From assembly GCA_010909165.1 (NCBI GenBank), contig MU008179.1, positions 744,001-808,000 on the forward strand: 64,000 nucleotides of DNA, in the 5' to 3' direction. Positions 1-11,183 of the stretch are shown one piece after another (position 1 is the first letter of the stretch; each line of letters begins with the position of its first letter). The position numbers were made by a program, and so were the translations under genes. This stretch comes from Anthoceros angustus. Taxonomy: Eukaryota > Plantae > Anthocerotophyta. The notes beneath the pieces were generated by a model. That model saw only the letters and a list, made by a program, of their open reading frames with translations. It was not told where the DNA came from and did not search any database.

Positions 1-902
1 CCATTTGAATTCTCTCTAATTTTTCTCGCTATTGATTCAAATAGTTTTAATTAAATACAATATATACTAAAATTTAAGAGGTCAAGTGTACAAAAGCTAA
101 AGATGTGAACCTCGTTATTAATTAAAACTAATTATTATGTTTTTCTCCCTTACACAGGGTATTTTAAGAAAATGATACAAAATGATAATAATATTATATC
201 TTAAATGAAGGGCACTTTCGTGAATATTCTGGGTTAGGAAGCTCCAGGTATAGAAAATTAAAACTTTGATAGGTCCTTTCTGGAAGAGTGACACGGTATC
301 CAAGAGTTAATTGGACCTCTAAGGACTTCTTGCAACTCCTAGGTTAAGCGAGCTTCCCACCTACCTCGTGGCCCTTGGTAGCCTGCTTGTTGTGAAGCGC
401 TTCAAGACCGCATGATATGCGATCTCTATTGATTCGCCCCTAAAAAGAGCTTATGTTTTGAAGTTATTCCTAGTTGATATACAAGAGGTTGTAAGTCCGT
501 GAGGGAGTGCCTAATATATGATCCCTGCATGCAACGTGCTGCTCTATTATAAGGATCTTTGGGCCCTACCAATCAGTTATCTTCATTGTTATAAGGCTCT
601 TTAGGGTACTTTAAATTGAGTGGTATGTAAATCCTTGATTTGGTCACTAAAAAACTTTGAAGGCAGATATGAACTACCTTCTTACTCGAAACTCAAGCTA
701 GAACTTTCAGGTGATGAAGTGATTACATATTGACTTCTTTTTCGAGTACATACGCAGAAGAAAAAATGTTTGACTATTATTTATTCAAAATATGGTGGTA
801 AACAATAAAACATTACAAGGAATATTAAATAAATAAAATAGATTATATGGATACAATCTAAGAACAGTTTGATACGTGTTTCACACTTTCGTTACTTACT
901 CA

Positions 903-1373
903 CTAAATAGGAGGTACTATCCAGCATTCAAATGGAAGAACAAAGGAATAACGAAGAAAGCAATCCGCTGCATGATATTGGGCGGAAATACTAGCCGGAC
1001 AAAGCAAGTCAAGCAGTCTATCCTTTATAGTTTCTAGACACATGTAACATTGCCAATGTGATAGCATTGAGGGAGTTTTTTCATAACAATTGATCAAACC
1101 CCAAAAATACGTTGCACCCTTATAACTAGGAGTGAAGAAGAAAGGAAGACGACTATTGTAATCCAATAATCCTTCCTCAATCATTCGTAGTAGAGTGATT
1201 CTCAATATGCCTCTTGAAGGATCATTGGCAAGCATTTTGGACCCGCATTGATAAGATATCTCTGTCATATTGGGAGGTATTGCAAAATTTTCAGCACAGA
1301 CATTTTTGTGATGTACTGCACATATATAATATATTATAAGCCCTATATAGCCTAATCTAGAAAACATCAACAT
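903..1373 (-). CDS. Secreted single-DUF26 (Gnk2/stress-antifungal) cysteine-rich protein
   Basis: Intronless 156-aa ORF with a hydrophobic N-terminus (LGYIGLIIYYICAV). GLINC-x12-CYMCL...LCPASISAQYHAADCFLRYS matches the Gnk2/DUF26 C-terminal pattern (G-x-x-x-C...C-x-x-C-L...C...DCF-x-x-Y). Confidence 0.7.
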   Translation of the reverse strand: MLMFSRLGYIGLIIYYICAVHHKNVCAENFAIPPNMTEISYQCGSKMLANDPSRGILRITLLRMIEEGLLDYNSRLPFFFTPSYKGATYFWGLINCYEKTPSMLSHWQCYMCLETIKDRLLDLLCPASISAQYHAADCFLRYSFVLPFECWIVPPI

Positions 1374-1483
1374 TATTACACATAAAGTGTAGTGCTAATG
1401 TGCAAGCATATAATAAGCCCTAGATAGCCTGATCTAGAAAATATCAACATTATTATACATAAAGTGTAGTGCTAATGTGCAAG
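1336..1483. repeat. Two ~71-bp direct repeats (1336-1406, 1413-1483) covering the DUF26 start region
   Basis: ataagcccta...gtgtagtgctaatgtgcaag occurs twice with a 77-bp period. Confidence 0.85.
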
Positions 1484-1770
1484 TAAATTGATCAACAATA
1501 TTGGAAGATCATTTAATTAAGATTAACTTGCAAAACTTTTTAATAGGATTTTTACGAGGAATGAGTATCTATAGCCAAAATATTTTGCTGTCACCTTTTC
1601 ATCACCGAACATATTATTCTTAAATAGATCATATTATTCTTAAATATTATTTCACAATAAATATTCTTTCGATATTCGTACTTTTTAAAGTGAAGACCAT
1701 CATCAAAAAGAAGAAGAAGAAGAAGAAAATTTTATTTAAGTCCACTAAGGACGGATTTCCGTCATGGGAC

Positions 1771-2108
1771 TTGGTACTTAACAACTTGTACCATGGTATG
1801 CCTAAGCTAGTCTTGGTACTTAACAACTTGTACCATGGTATGCCTAAGCTAGTTGCACCAAGGGCATCCATTCCCTTTAGGCACTCCATCCAAGTACCGA
1901 TCCAAGCGCAGGATGCTTAATAACAACTTGTACCATGGTATGCCTAAGCTAGTTGCACCAAGGGCATCCATTCCCTTTAGGCACTCCATCTAAGTATTGA
2001 TCCAAGCGCAGGATGCTTAATAACAACTTGTACTATGGTATGCCTAAGCTAGTTGCACCAAGGGCATCCATTCCCTTTAGGCACTCCATCTAAGTACCGA
2101 TCCAAGCA
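1771..2108. repeat. Tandem repeat: 42-bp doublet followed by ~3 copies of a 100-bp unit
   Basis: taacaacttgtaccatggtatgcctaagctagttgcacc...ggatgcttaa starts at 1821, 1921 and 2021. Confidence 0.9.
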
Positions 2109-2115
2109 TGCTCGT

Positions 2116-2204
2116 CGTTATTAAGCATCCACAGGATGCTTAATAACGATGTTATTATAAATGTGTGTCCATTTGGCCTAAGCCATTTGGACACACATTT
2201 ATAA
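2116..2204. repeat. Two adjacent perfect inverted repeats (hairpins)
   Basis: cgttattaagcatcc/aca/ggatgcttaataacg (2116-2148) and ttataaatgtgtgtcca...tggacacacatttataa (2155-2204). Confidence 0.9.
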
Positions 2205-2329
2205 AAGCAATGCCCATATTGCATTTTGACATATGTAATATCTTGATATATTAGAATAATTACTCATACAGCTGAATACTTTAAAAGATTGATTAAGATC
2301 CACGCTTAATAGCCTTTCTTGGTGAGGAA

Positions 2330-3425
2330 GATCAAACAGTCATTCCCTCTCACTAGGCGAACATGAACTCTTTATCCTCCGAGGCGAGGGCTGTCATGCT
2401 GTCTTTTTCCTCGCTTCCCGATGTTGGGCTCCGGGGGCTTCAGGTGTCCCTCCTGGAGAAACAATACGGGCAGGCGCAATTGGCCCTCCTCCGGGATTCC
2501 TCCATTCCTAAGCCCACTCGGGCTCGTCTCCACTCTTGCTTAGGGAAGGGGGCGGGTTCTTGGCTTCTGGCTCAACCCAGTATTCAGGCGTTCCGGATCG
2601 CACCAGCAACTTTTCCACCGCGATGCGTTTTCGCCTTGGCTTGGTCCAACCTCTAGCTTGCTCTCTTTCAACTTGCAGCTGCGGGGCCCCTCTCGATGAC
2701 TTTGGGACGCACTTGGCTCACTGTCCCGCGAGTGGGCAGCGTATCACTACGCATGACGCTGTCCGGGACGTCATGTTCTCTATTGCTAGGGAAGGCGAGT
2801 TCCTTCCATTTAGGGAGCGCCCTTACACCCTGCTCAACGGGGTTTCGCTTAGGGTAGATCTATTTTTGACCTGGGGGGATCAGGTTTCGGTTGCTGATGT
2901 GGTTGTAACCGATCCTACCCGGGATAGTGTCTGCGAACATGTTATTCTTAACCCTTCAGGTTGGGCGGCGGAGGGATGCACCATGCCAGGGGGACCAGCC
3001 CCCACGATCACGCATTTCAAAACTACCAACCGCCCGAAGAACTTCGTGGTCAGGGATGTGAAAAGGCCTACTTACCACCGGTGTCAAAGAAGCTGCATCC
3101 CCCGCGCTCGCTGTCATTCTGTACCTGCATTGGCCCACGCCCTCTGCAGAGCGATGGAAACCCTCTGCCGGAAGAAAGCAGCAATACAAGAAAGGGGGAG
3201 GCCAACACCATTCTTGCGGCTATGATAAGCCTTGGCGCAGGCCTTGACGAACCTAGAGAAATCCTTGCCTATGGCTCTGTCAGTCTCAATGGCAAGGGGG
3301 ACGAAGGTGTGGCCGTTTTGCATAGGAGAGTACTTGTGGACCTTAGCTGTTGCGTTGGGTTTTTCCCCCTGTCTTTAGGGTGCATGAGTTTTTCCCATCT
3401 CTTTTTTATAATAAAGTCTTCTTTT
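2330..3425 (+). mobile_element. 5'-truncated CRE-like (RLE-type) non-LTR retrotransposon, 3' portion with an internal inversion
   Basis: GAGSWLLAQP, CSCG...HLAHC zinc motif, HDAVRD and RVDLFLT...VADVVVTDP (restriction-like endonuclease). The C-terminal FVPLAIET...FFRQRVSIALQRA segment is on the opposite strand (3114-3323). A 3' UTR with aataaa lies near 3410. Confidence 0.85.
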
Positions 3426-3681
3426 CCCGTCTCACTAGGATCTTTTATGGGGACAAATGTTTCTAAGTTGTTGAAACAAGTTCATGAAGCTTATCCATAA
3501 AAATCAAATTCCCAGTGTTGATATATACTTCGAAATATCTGTAAAGTCTCTAAATTTCACTAAAAAAATTTATCCATAAAAAATAAAATAAAATTCCATT
3601 AAAAGTAACTTGTACCAATGTATTGCACAATCTATTGAATCCCAAGATAGAAGGCATAGTTCTCCTAGAGGAGTGACATGG

Positions 3682-3764
3682 TAGCCATAAGTTCATTGCA
3701 AGTATCCATAAGTTCATTGCAATTAGCCATAAGTTCATTAGATGTAGCCATGAGTTCATTGGAT
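3682..3764. repeat. 21-bp minisatellite, 4 copies
   Basis: tagccataagttcattgcaag-like unit at 3682, 3703, 3724 and 3745. Confidence 0.85.
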
Positions 3765-4302
3765 TTCCTGGTAAAGTGATATGGTTATTACATGGATGGG
3801 TACCCATCTCGATTACTCTTACCCATTGATAAAGTGATCATCTGGCCTAATTACTACCTTGGTGGCCTGCCTATTGTCAATTCCGTTGTCAAGTTCTTTG
3901 AGGTTGCCTGATATATGCCCTTGCCTGCAAATAATATATGACCTCTGTAGTATCGCTTGCAAGTGGACCATTGTGGTAAGGCCCTCATTAGAGACTCTCT
4001 AGTGATATATAATCTATGTTAGCTGCTAATAGCAGCCCATTGCAAGCAGAAATTATATAAAGCCGTGCCCCTTGTTGAAGGGAAAACTAAACTTAACTAG
4101 CCCTTATGGAAGAGGCAACTCGTCAAATAGACCAGCATGTATCCAGTTTTGACATGTCGACCAGACCGGCCCCGTATGGAGTGGCACCTTTCAATTTGAA
4201 ATCACACCATCGTTCCGTGTCTATTGGCCAAGAATGCGATTTAGACGCTAAATACGGGAGACTATAGCCTAGTCCGGTTTCCTAGTGACGAATCCCAGGA
4301 AC

Positions 4303-4915
4303 GACCAGACCGCGCCCGTATGGACGAAGCAGCTTTGTCGACCACGGCCCTAGATGGACGAAGCAGCTTTGTCGACAAGACCGGCCCCGTATGGACGAAG
4401 CAACTTTGTCGACCAGACCGGGCCCGTATGGACGAAGCAACTTTGTCGACTGCATCGCCCCGTATGGACGAAGCAGCTTTGTGGACCAAACCGGCCCCGT
4501 ATGGACGAAGCAGCTTTGTCGACCAGACCGGCCCTGTATGGACCAAGCAGCTTTGTCGACCAGACCGGCCCTGTATGGACAAAGCAGCTTTGTCAACACC
4601 CCGTGTGGATGAAGCAGCTTTGCCGACCAGACCGGCCCTGTATGGATGAAGCCGCTTTGTCAACACCAGCTTTGTCAACACCCCGTATGGATGAACCAGC
4701 TTTGTCAATAGACTATACCTTTGTCGACAGACTAGTGTATTGTCTCGTCTTGTCCTCCTCTAGTCACTCTATGTAATCAGACTACAGCTTTGTTGATAGA
4801 CAAGTGTATTGTCTCGTTCTCCTCTAGTCACTCTATGTGATCAGACTACAGCTTTGATGATCGATTAGTGTATTATCTCGTCTTGCCCTTTTCTAGTTAC
4901 TCGATGTGATCACAC
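4303..4915. repeat. 37-bp minisatellite (~11 copies) grading into a ~65-bp unit (3 copies)
   Basis: gaccagaccggccccgtatggacgaagcagctttgtc repeated over ~4303-4710, then gactacagctttg...tagtgtattgtctcg...ctagtcactctatgt units. Confidence 0.9.
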
Positions 4916-5289
4916 ATGTTGGATTTTGGCAACTTTTGAAACAAAATATACGGTTTAAGCAGGTCTCCAAGGAACTCTTTACGCGGGCCTGAGTTCGAAA
5001 ATATACAAACCCTCGCTAGACGATGCTGTCTAGGTAAGGAGTTCACTTAAGGCACTTGAGGTAGAACATGATTCAGAGGCACAAATAGTTTATACTTTCG
5101 TTGTATGATTTGAGGGGTCATAGAGTAGCATACTACGTCTACGTACATCGTTTCCATTGTGTCGGATCTAGGACTTCAGCGCCGGTTATTTGTGAAATAA
5201 GCATGAAATACCGGCTCAGGATGATCCCCACCTTTAGCCCTTGAGACTCACGTTGCACCTGAATGGGCCAATAGCAGAACACAAGGATC

Positions 5290-8200
5290 CTACTTTCTTC
5301 GTTTGTACCTGTAGGATATTTAGCACATTACTACACACGAAGGGTGTTGTGGACGAGCGCGAATTGTGAGACGGAATAGCTGGCTTACCTAGCATTGCTT
5401 TTAAATGCTTTTCTTGGAACACCTGGTTTCTTGCGCTTTGCACCATCAAAACCGCGTTTGGGCACACTCATTTCTCCTGCAGTCGATTCATCCTCGCGTT
5501 TCCGCTTTCGCTCAGGAAGAGATTTCTTCTGAAATTTCATTTTTGGGACAACTTTACCAGCTTCCCGGGCCTTCTCAGCGGCTTTCGCGGCCTTGGCTCT
5601 CCGGTATGCTACATCTACAAGCGTTCTCTTACTTTTCTGATCCGCTACCTTCTCGGAGGCCGTCTGTTCACGCAGAGAACACGTCACGAAAATCCAAAGG
5701 CTGATTACAAGCGAGAGCGAGTACAGCAGGGCAATAGCTTTTCCCACCTCTTCAGGCGCCATACTATCCTCAGCATCCTCACGGGCAGCTTCGAGTCGTC
5801 GTCGTTTCTTACGTGTCATGTTTTTCTGTTCAATGAGAGTGACCCGCAAAGTGTGAGAAGCAACAGCATACAAATCACAGCACCGATAATTGCATAGAAC
5901 GTGAGGCAAACGTTGCTGCGAGACTCGCCTCACGCTCACGTTGTCTCTTTTCTTTCTTCTTGAGTTCATCAGCTTCCTCAACACTGATGACCTTCTTGAT
6001 CTTCTTCTTCCCTTCTCTTGCAGCCTTCATGATGGAAACATATTTACAACTTTCACCGCACAAATTCCAAGTGAATGCACGCTCATAATCGAGTTGCTGC
6101 TACAGAACAATACCTTAGCTGCCTCAGCAACTGCAGTTTTATCCCTGGTAGACTGGAACCAGACTCGTTTAGGTCGGGCATAAATTTCAGCTTCATGGTC
6201 CATTATATTTTGGGCCTGATTAAGGAAATCAGCAACAGCAAATTACAGCAGTTTCACGAAAAAACTACAGTACTGGACTTTGTGACAACGGGCCACTGTA
6301 TCGTACCTTATTGACCTCCATTTCAGCCTTCCTGAGGGCTCTCTCCTCCCTAACAGCCACTTAATTTTGATAAGTACTCCCCACTGGCAGTTTCATACAA
6401 TTTGAAACGAACTCAGACCTGCTTGCTTTGAAACTGATCAACATGCTTACCGCTCTTCTCGGATAATACTACGCACATCATCCTCCATTTCCTCTATTTG
6501 TTTACTGCACTTTTCAACAATTGGAGTTGCTACAACTCTACTCTGCAACTTTGACCCCACTCGCTTGGCCTGCAACCCAATACATCCAGGTCAAAGATGA
6601 CATTCACAGCACTGATCTCTATTTCCCACATATCACAGGAGTTCCTACCATTGCCTTCAAGATTGAGCGCTCCTTCTCAAGAACAAAAGTAACTGCACAT
6701 CCCTTTTGCCCAGCTCTTGCTGTTCTTCCGACTCTATGGACGTAGCTGGACTCAGGAATCCCAAACCCTGTCAATATTAGAAGATGAGCCAAGAACCCTG
6801 TGACTAGGGTCTTCAAGGCACCAAGAGATGCCAGTAACTCTAAAAAAGTGATTCCCCTCGGCAAATACCAGAACTTACGTGGTAATATCACGTGGACAGT
6901 GAAAATTGATCACAGTTTCCACACCCATTATGTCCAGACCCTGTGTCCAAGAAAGCCACGTTAGTAGAAGATCCACAAAAAAATCAAACGCAGGGAGGGC
7001 AGGGCAGTCAAGGAGCTTGTCAATCACAAACCAAGAATGTTATGCCGAGTCAAACTTACTCGAGCTGCTACATCTGTTGCTATCAAAAAGTCGACACCCC
7101 CATTCCGGAATGACTCCAAAGCCTGAAGATAAGCAAGTTCACATGGCTTCCATGAGGATCACAAGTGACTGCACATACATGCTAACTAGAGTTTGAGATG
7201 CAACCATCAAAACGCTGAAGTAAGGAAACATTACTTCCAGACGCTGTGATTGTGTAAGGTTGCCATGTAGTTCAGCTGCTTTCAAACCAGACAACCCAAA
7301 AAGGATCTTCAGGCGGTGTGCTTCTAGCTTAGTGCCACTGCATGGACAAGTTTCATAGAGTTGTAAGATGATCCATAATCCAGTCACCAGGATATCCAAA
7401 GGCTGACAGTGGACTTCACACTTGAATGTTACCTGAAAACAATGACTCTATTTTTGAAACTGCGTAGGCATAGGGCCAACAACACAGCTTCTTTGTTTCC
7501 TTCTTGAGCAGGTTTGAACCTGACAACCCTGCAAGAACACCAAAGACAGTCAAGATTTTCAAAACAATAAGAACTTTGTTGATTAAACTCTAGCAAGGTA
7601 TACTACTTACTCTTCAAGGAGAGTAGAGGGCCGCTTGGTTGATGGGTCGGCTGAAAGACGAACTGGTTTATCCAGTGACAGCTTGACTAGCTCTGCAACC
7701 TCATCACTCATTGTTGCGGAAAAAAGCATAGTTTGCCTCCTCTTGGGACAGAGTCGAATCTTGTCAGAACAAACAACCCCATGTTAATTTTATCTCCGGC
7801 ATTTCCCTGAAGGATTTGCCAGTGATGTATGGCACACCTATTTGTACTGTAGAAACACGATCATCAACCAGATCCCATATCACCACCAGGATCCATACCA
7901 GTTCCTCCACTTCTTTGCTAAAACCCATCTCTAATAGCCGGTCCGCTTCATCAAGAACCAAGATAGCAAGATCCTCCAGACCCACTGAGTGGGTATTGTG
8001 CAAGTGATCAATCATACGCCCTGGTGTTGCCACAACAATATCAGGGTTTGATCGGAGTCCAGATTCTTGAATCTGGAAATAAAAGGACAAGGTCTCAGAC
8101 AATAGACCAACAATACTACTACAGTGTAGCCAGGCATTACACCCCAAATAACACTGCAAGCAAATGACAAGACCTTCATTGATAGTCCACCAACAATAAG

Positions 8201-9383
8201 GCAAGCTCGAATGTCTGTGAACTGTGCCAGTTTTTCCACCATACTATGCACTCTGAGAGCCAGCAGTAAACAAGATGAGTCAGACTGCAATGCTGTAATT
8301 TGCGAACTCCGAGGGTGGTGGTAACAGACACCTACTGGACTGCAAGTTCTCGTGTTGGAGTCAAAATCATAACTCTAATAGCAGGCACTCTTCGAGGCCG
8401 GTAGAGCAACCTTTCAAGCAGAGGCAGAGCAAATGCGGCAGTCTGCAGAGGATGCCAGTCACAAACAAGAGAGCATTAGCAGTTGTGATGTTTGACCCCC
8501 ATGGGCATCCTACAACGGTCAAACACGTCAAGAACGTGCGGCTCTGACCTTGCCAGACCCAGTAATAGCACTTCCGCAAATGTCACGGCCTGTTAACCCC
8601 AAAGGAATGCAAGCTGCCTGCGCATTACAAGTTTGTCATATAAAGTCCAGCTGAAGATTGTCAGGAATGCAAGGACCTCAAGCCTGAACGCACTTCACCA
8701 ATTGACCCAGCCGGCCTTCGTCTCAAATTAGGTCAGCAACAGTTTCACACCTGAATCGGAGTAGGCCTCACGTAGCCTAGAGCTTCACAAGCCCGAGTTA
8801 GAGGCCGAGAGAGGTTAAGCTCCGCGAACGACTTGGCACTGAAGGAAGCCCCTTCAGACGATGCAAAAAACCCGCCAGCTGCTTTCTTCCCACCCTGAGC
8901 CCCATTCGCATCTTGGACAACCACCTTCAGCCACATTCATCACCGCGTCAGCTCCTGCAATCCCAAACAGGTCTGCGCACGAAATTTGCCGCCAAGTACC
9001 TTCGCTCCCTGCCCGCTCTTCTCTCTCGCTCCCTGCTTGTGCCCCGTCCCACCACGGCCCTCCTCCTCCGCAGCGTCATCCTCACTGTCGGACCCCCCTC
9101 CCCCTTCCTCATCCTCGCCGTCCCCGCCACCGCCCACGTCCTCCTCGTCCTCGCTCTCTTCATCCTCTGTTCCCGACTCCCCTCCCTCCCCCTGCACCCC
9201 GTTCTCCCTCACCGAATCCTTCCTGAGCTGCAGCCGGGAAATTTTGTCATCAACCGATGTGGTTTTACGTTTGGCATGCTCCTCCTTGGCACCCCCTGCG
9301 TACTTGGAGAACTCCCAAGGAGCCTGCGGCTTGGCAGGCTGCTCGTCATCGCCATCATCGAACACGAAATCATCGGTGCCCAT
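5290..9383 (-). CDS. RH28: DEAD-box ATP-dependent RNA helicase 28 (DRS1/DDX27 family), multi-exon
   Basis: MGTDDFVF start at 9383. Q-motif [73 protein letters not shown]. Basic C-terminus ...AFKSNAR/YKRRK* with a GT-AG spliced last exon. Confidence 0.9.
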
Positions 9384-9440
9384 ACTGAATCTGCATCCAC
9401 CTCGACATCTGGACATGGGCGTCTATATATGGACGGAGAG

Positions 9441-9450
9441 TTTAGGGTTT
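9441..9450 (-). promoter_or_regulatory. Telo-box (AAACCCTAAA) just upstream of the RH28 start, within a ~300-bp divergent promoter shared with SNF4
   Basis: tttagggttt at 9441-9450. Telo-boxes are typical of plant ribosome-biogenesis and translation genes. Confidence 0.5.
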
Positions 9451-9689
9451 ATCCATTGAGACCTAAAAGGGCAAGCAAATCCAACGGGGAAGGCACAGCC
9501 TGACCAGGAAACGAAGCTAGGCGAATCCGGCGCTACTGTTGCTGCTGCGGCTTGCGCTGCTGCCGATCGTAGCTGGCGCGCATTATCGTGTTCGAATGAG
9601 AGTGCGATCGAGCGCTAAGGATTGCGCAAGGCAACGCAAGGGGAAGGCGAAGGTGAAGGCTAAGATTTGAGGAAGCGATCGAAGAGCAG

Positions 9690-11183
9690 ATGTTCAGAGG
9701 AGAGACGGGAGCCATCCCCCCGTTGGTGCCGACCAGATTCGTGTGGCCCCATGGAGGTCGCCTGGTCTACCTGTGCGGCTCCTTCACAGGATGGCAGGAC
9801 ACGCAGCGGATGTCCCCGGTGGACGGATCCGGGCCAGTCTTCCAGGTTGTTCTTGAACTTCCCCCGGGATACCACCAGTACAAGTTCATCGTGGACGGCG
9901 AGTGGCGCCACGACGAGGGGCAGACTTGCATGCCGGATCCCCACGGCAACGTCAACAATTGGCTTCTGGTCCGAGAGCAGGATGCGGCGGAGAGAGCAGG
10001 AGCAGGTGCGGGGACAGGGTCGGGAAGCATGGAGGTGGACCACCCGGGGACGGCGCGGCCGCAGCCCCCGGTGGCCTGCACGGCGGTGAGCGCAGCCGAG
10101 GCGGAGGCCTCCAGGCAGCGGATCTCCGACTTCCTGCTCCGCCACTCCTCCGCCTACGACTTGCTGCCGCAGTCCGGGAAGGTGGTGACCCTGGACGTGA
10201 CGCTGCCGGTGCGGCAGGCCTTCCACGCGCTGTACGAGCAGGGGGTGTCCACGGCCCCGCTCTGGGACTCGGCGACGCAGCAGTTCGTCGGCATGCTCAC
10301 CGCGTCCGACTTCATCCTCATCCTGCGCCAGCTGTGGCGCACGGGCGCTGTGCTCGCGGACGAGCAAGAGGCGGATCTGGACGCGCACAGCATCGCGGGG
10401 TGGAAGCAGGAGAAGATCGGCGTGGCGCGGGAGCTGGACGAGCTGGACGAGCGGGGGGACGCGGACGGTGGTGATGCGCAGGGGCAGCAGATCCAGGTCC
10501 AGGGCCCGGCCAGGTGTCGGCCCGCCCTGCTGTACGTCGACCCCGACTGTTCCCTGCGCGGGGTGGCGGACATCTTGCTGCAGCACCAGGTGGCCACTGT
10601 GCCGGTGCTGGACTGCACCGGGCCCGTCCCGGAGCTGCTGCACCTGGCGTGCCTGAGCGGGATCCTGAAATGCATCTGCCGACACTTCCGGCATGTGGCC
10701 GGGACGCTGCCCCTGCTGTCGGAGTCCATCGGCGCGCTGCAGAGGTTCCAGCGGCTGGGCACCTGGGTGACCCCGGGGCAGGGGCCCGGGAAGCCTCTGG
10801 CCATGCTCCGGCCCAGCGCGCCCCTCGTCACCGCGCTCTCCCTGCTCCTGGAAGTGCGCATCAGTGCCGTGCCCATCGTGGACGACAACGGCTGCCTCCT
10901 GGACGTGTACACCAGGAGCGACATCACCGGCCTGGCCAAGGACCAGGCCTACGCGCACCGGCCGGTGCACGACCTCACCGTCGCACAGGCCCTGCAGCTC
11001 CGCTCCGACCCGGCCGCGGCCGCCGGGGCGTGTCAGGTTTGCCGCCGCTCTGACTCCCTCCGCTCCGTCATCGAGCGCCTCGCTCTGCCCGGCGTGCGCC
11101 GCCTCATCTGCGTGGAGGAAGGCACCCGCAGAGTCCTGGGCATCGTTTCCTTGCGAGACGTCTTCCACTTCTTGCTCGCCTGA
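9690..11183 (+). CDS. SNF4: SnRK1 beta-gamma subunit (SNF4/KINbeta-gamma): AMPK carbohydrate-binding module plus CBS domains, intronless
   Basis: VPTRFVWPHGGRLVYLCGSF...GYHQYKFIVDGEWRHDE (CBM48), then AYDLLPQSGKVVTLDVTLPVRQAFHALYEQG, APLWDS, ISAVPIVDDNG and VRRLICVEEGTRRVLGIVSLRDVFHFLL. One uninterrupted 497-aa ORF. Confidence 0.93.
   Translation: MFRGETGAIPPLVPTRFVWPHGGRLVYLCGSFTGWQDTQRMSPVDGSGPVFQVVLELPPGYHQYKFIVDGEWRHDEGQTCMPDPHGNVNNWLLVREQDAAERAGAGAGTGSGSMEVDHPGTARPQPPVACTAVSAAEAEASRQRISDFLLRHSSAYDLLPQSGKVVTLDVTLPVRQAFHALYEQGVSTAPLWDSATQQFVGMLTASDFILILRQLWRTGAVLADEQEADLDAHSIAGWKQEKIGVARELDELDERGDADGGDAQGQQIQVQGPARCRPALLYVDPDCSLRGVADILLQHQVATVPVLDCTGPVPELLHLACLSGILKCICRHFRHVAGTLPLLSESIGALQRFQRLGTWVTPGQGPGKPLAMLRPSAPLVTALSLLLEVRISAVPIVDDNGCLLDVYTRSDITGLAKDQAYAHRPVHDLTVAQALQLRSDPAAAAGACQVCRRSDSLRSVIERLALPGVRRLICVEEGTRRVLGIVSLRDVFHFLLA

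Noticed and set aside
300-700. Possible heavily decayed retroelement remnant (also 3840-4100)
   Set aside because: Only vague similarity; no motif could be aligned with confidence.
4303-4720. Regular ~37-bp repeats resembling a CRISPR array
   Set aside because: The units abut with no unique spacers, there are no cas genes, and the context is eukaryotic. It is a minisatellite, and the overlapping ORFs are by-products.
9660-11168. 502-aa antisense ORF and other overlapping ORFs on SNF4
   Set aside because: Expected shadow of high GC3 codon usage; no recognisable motifs.
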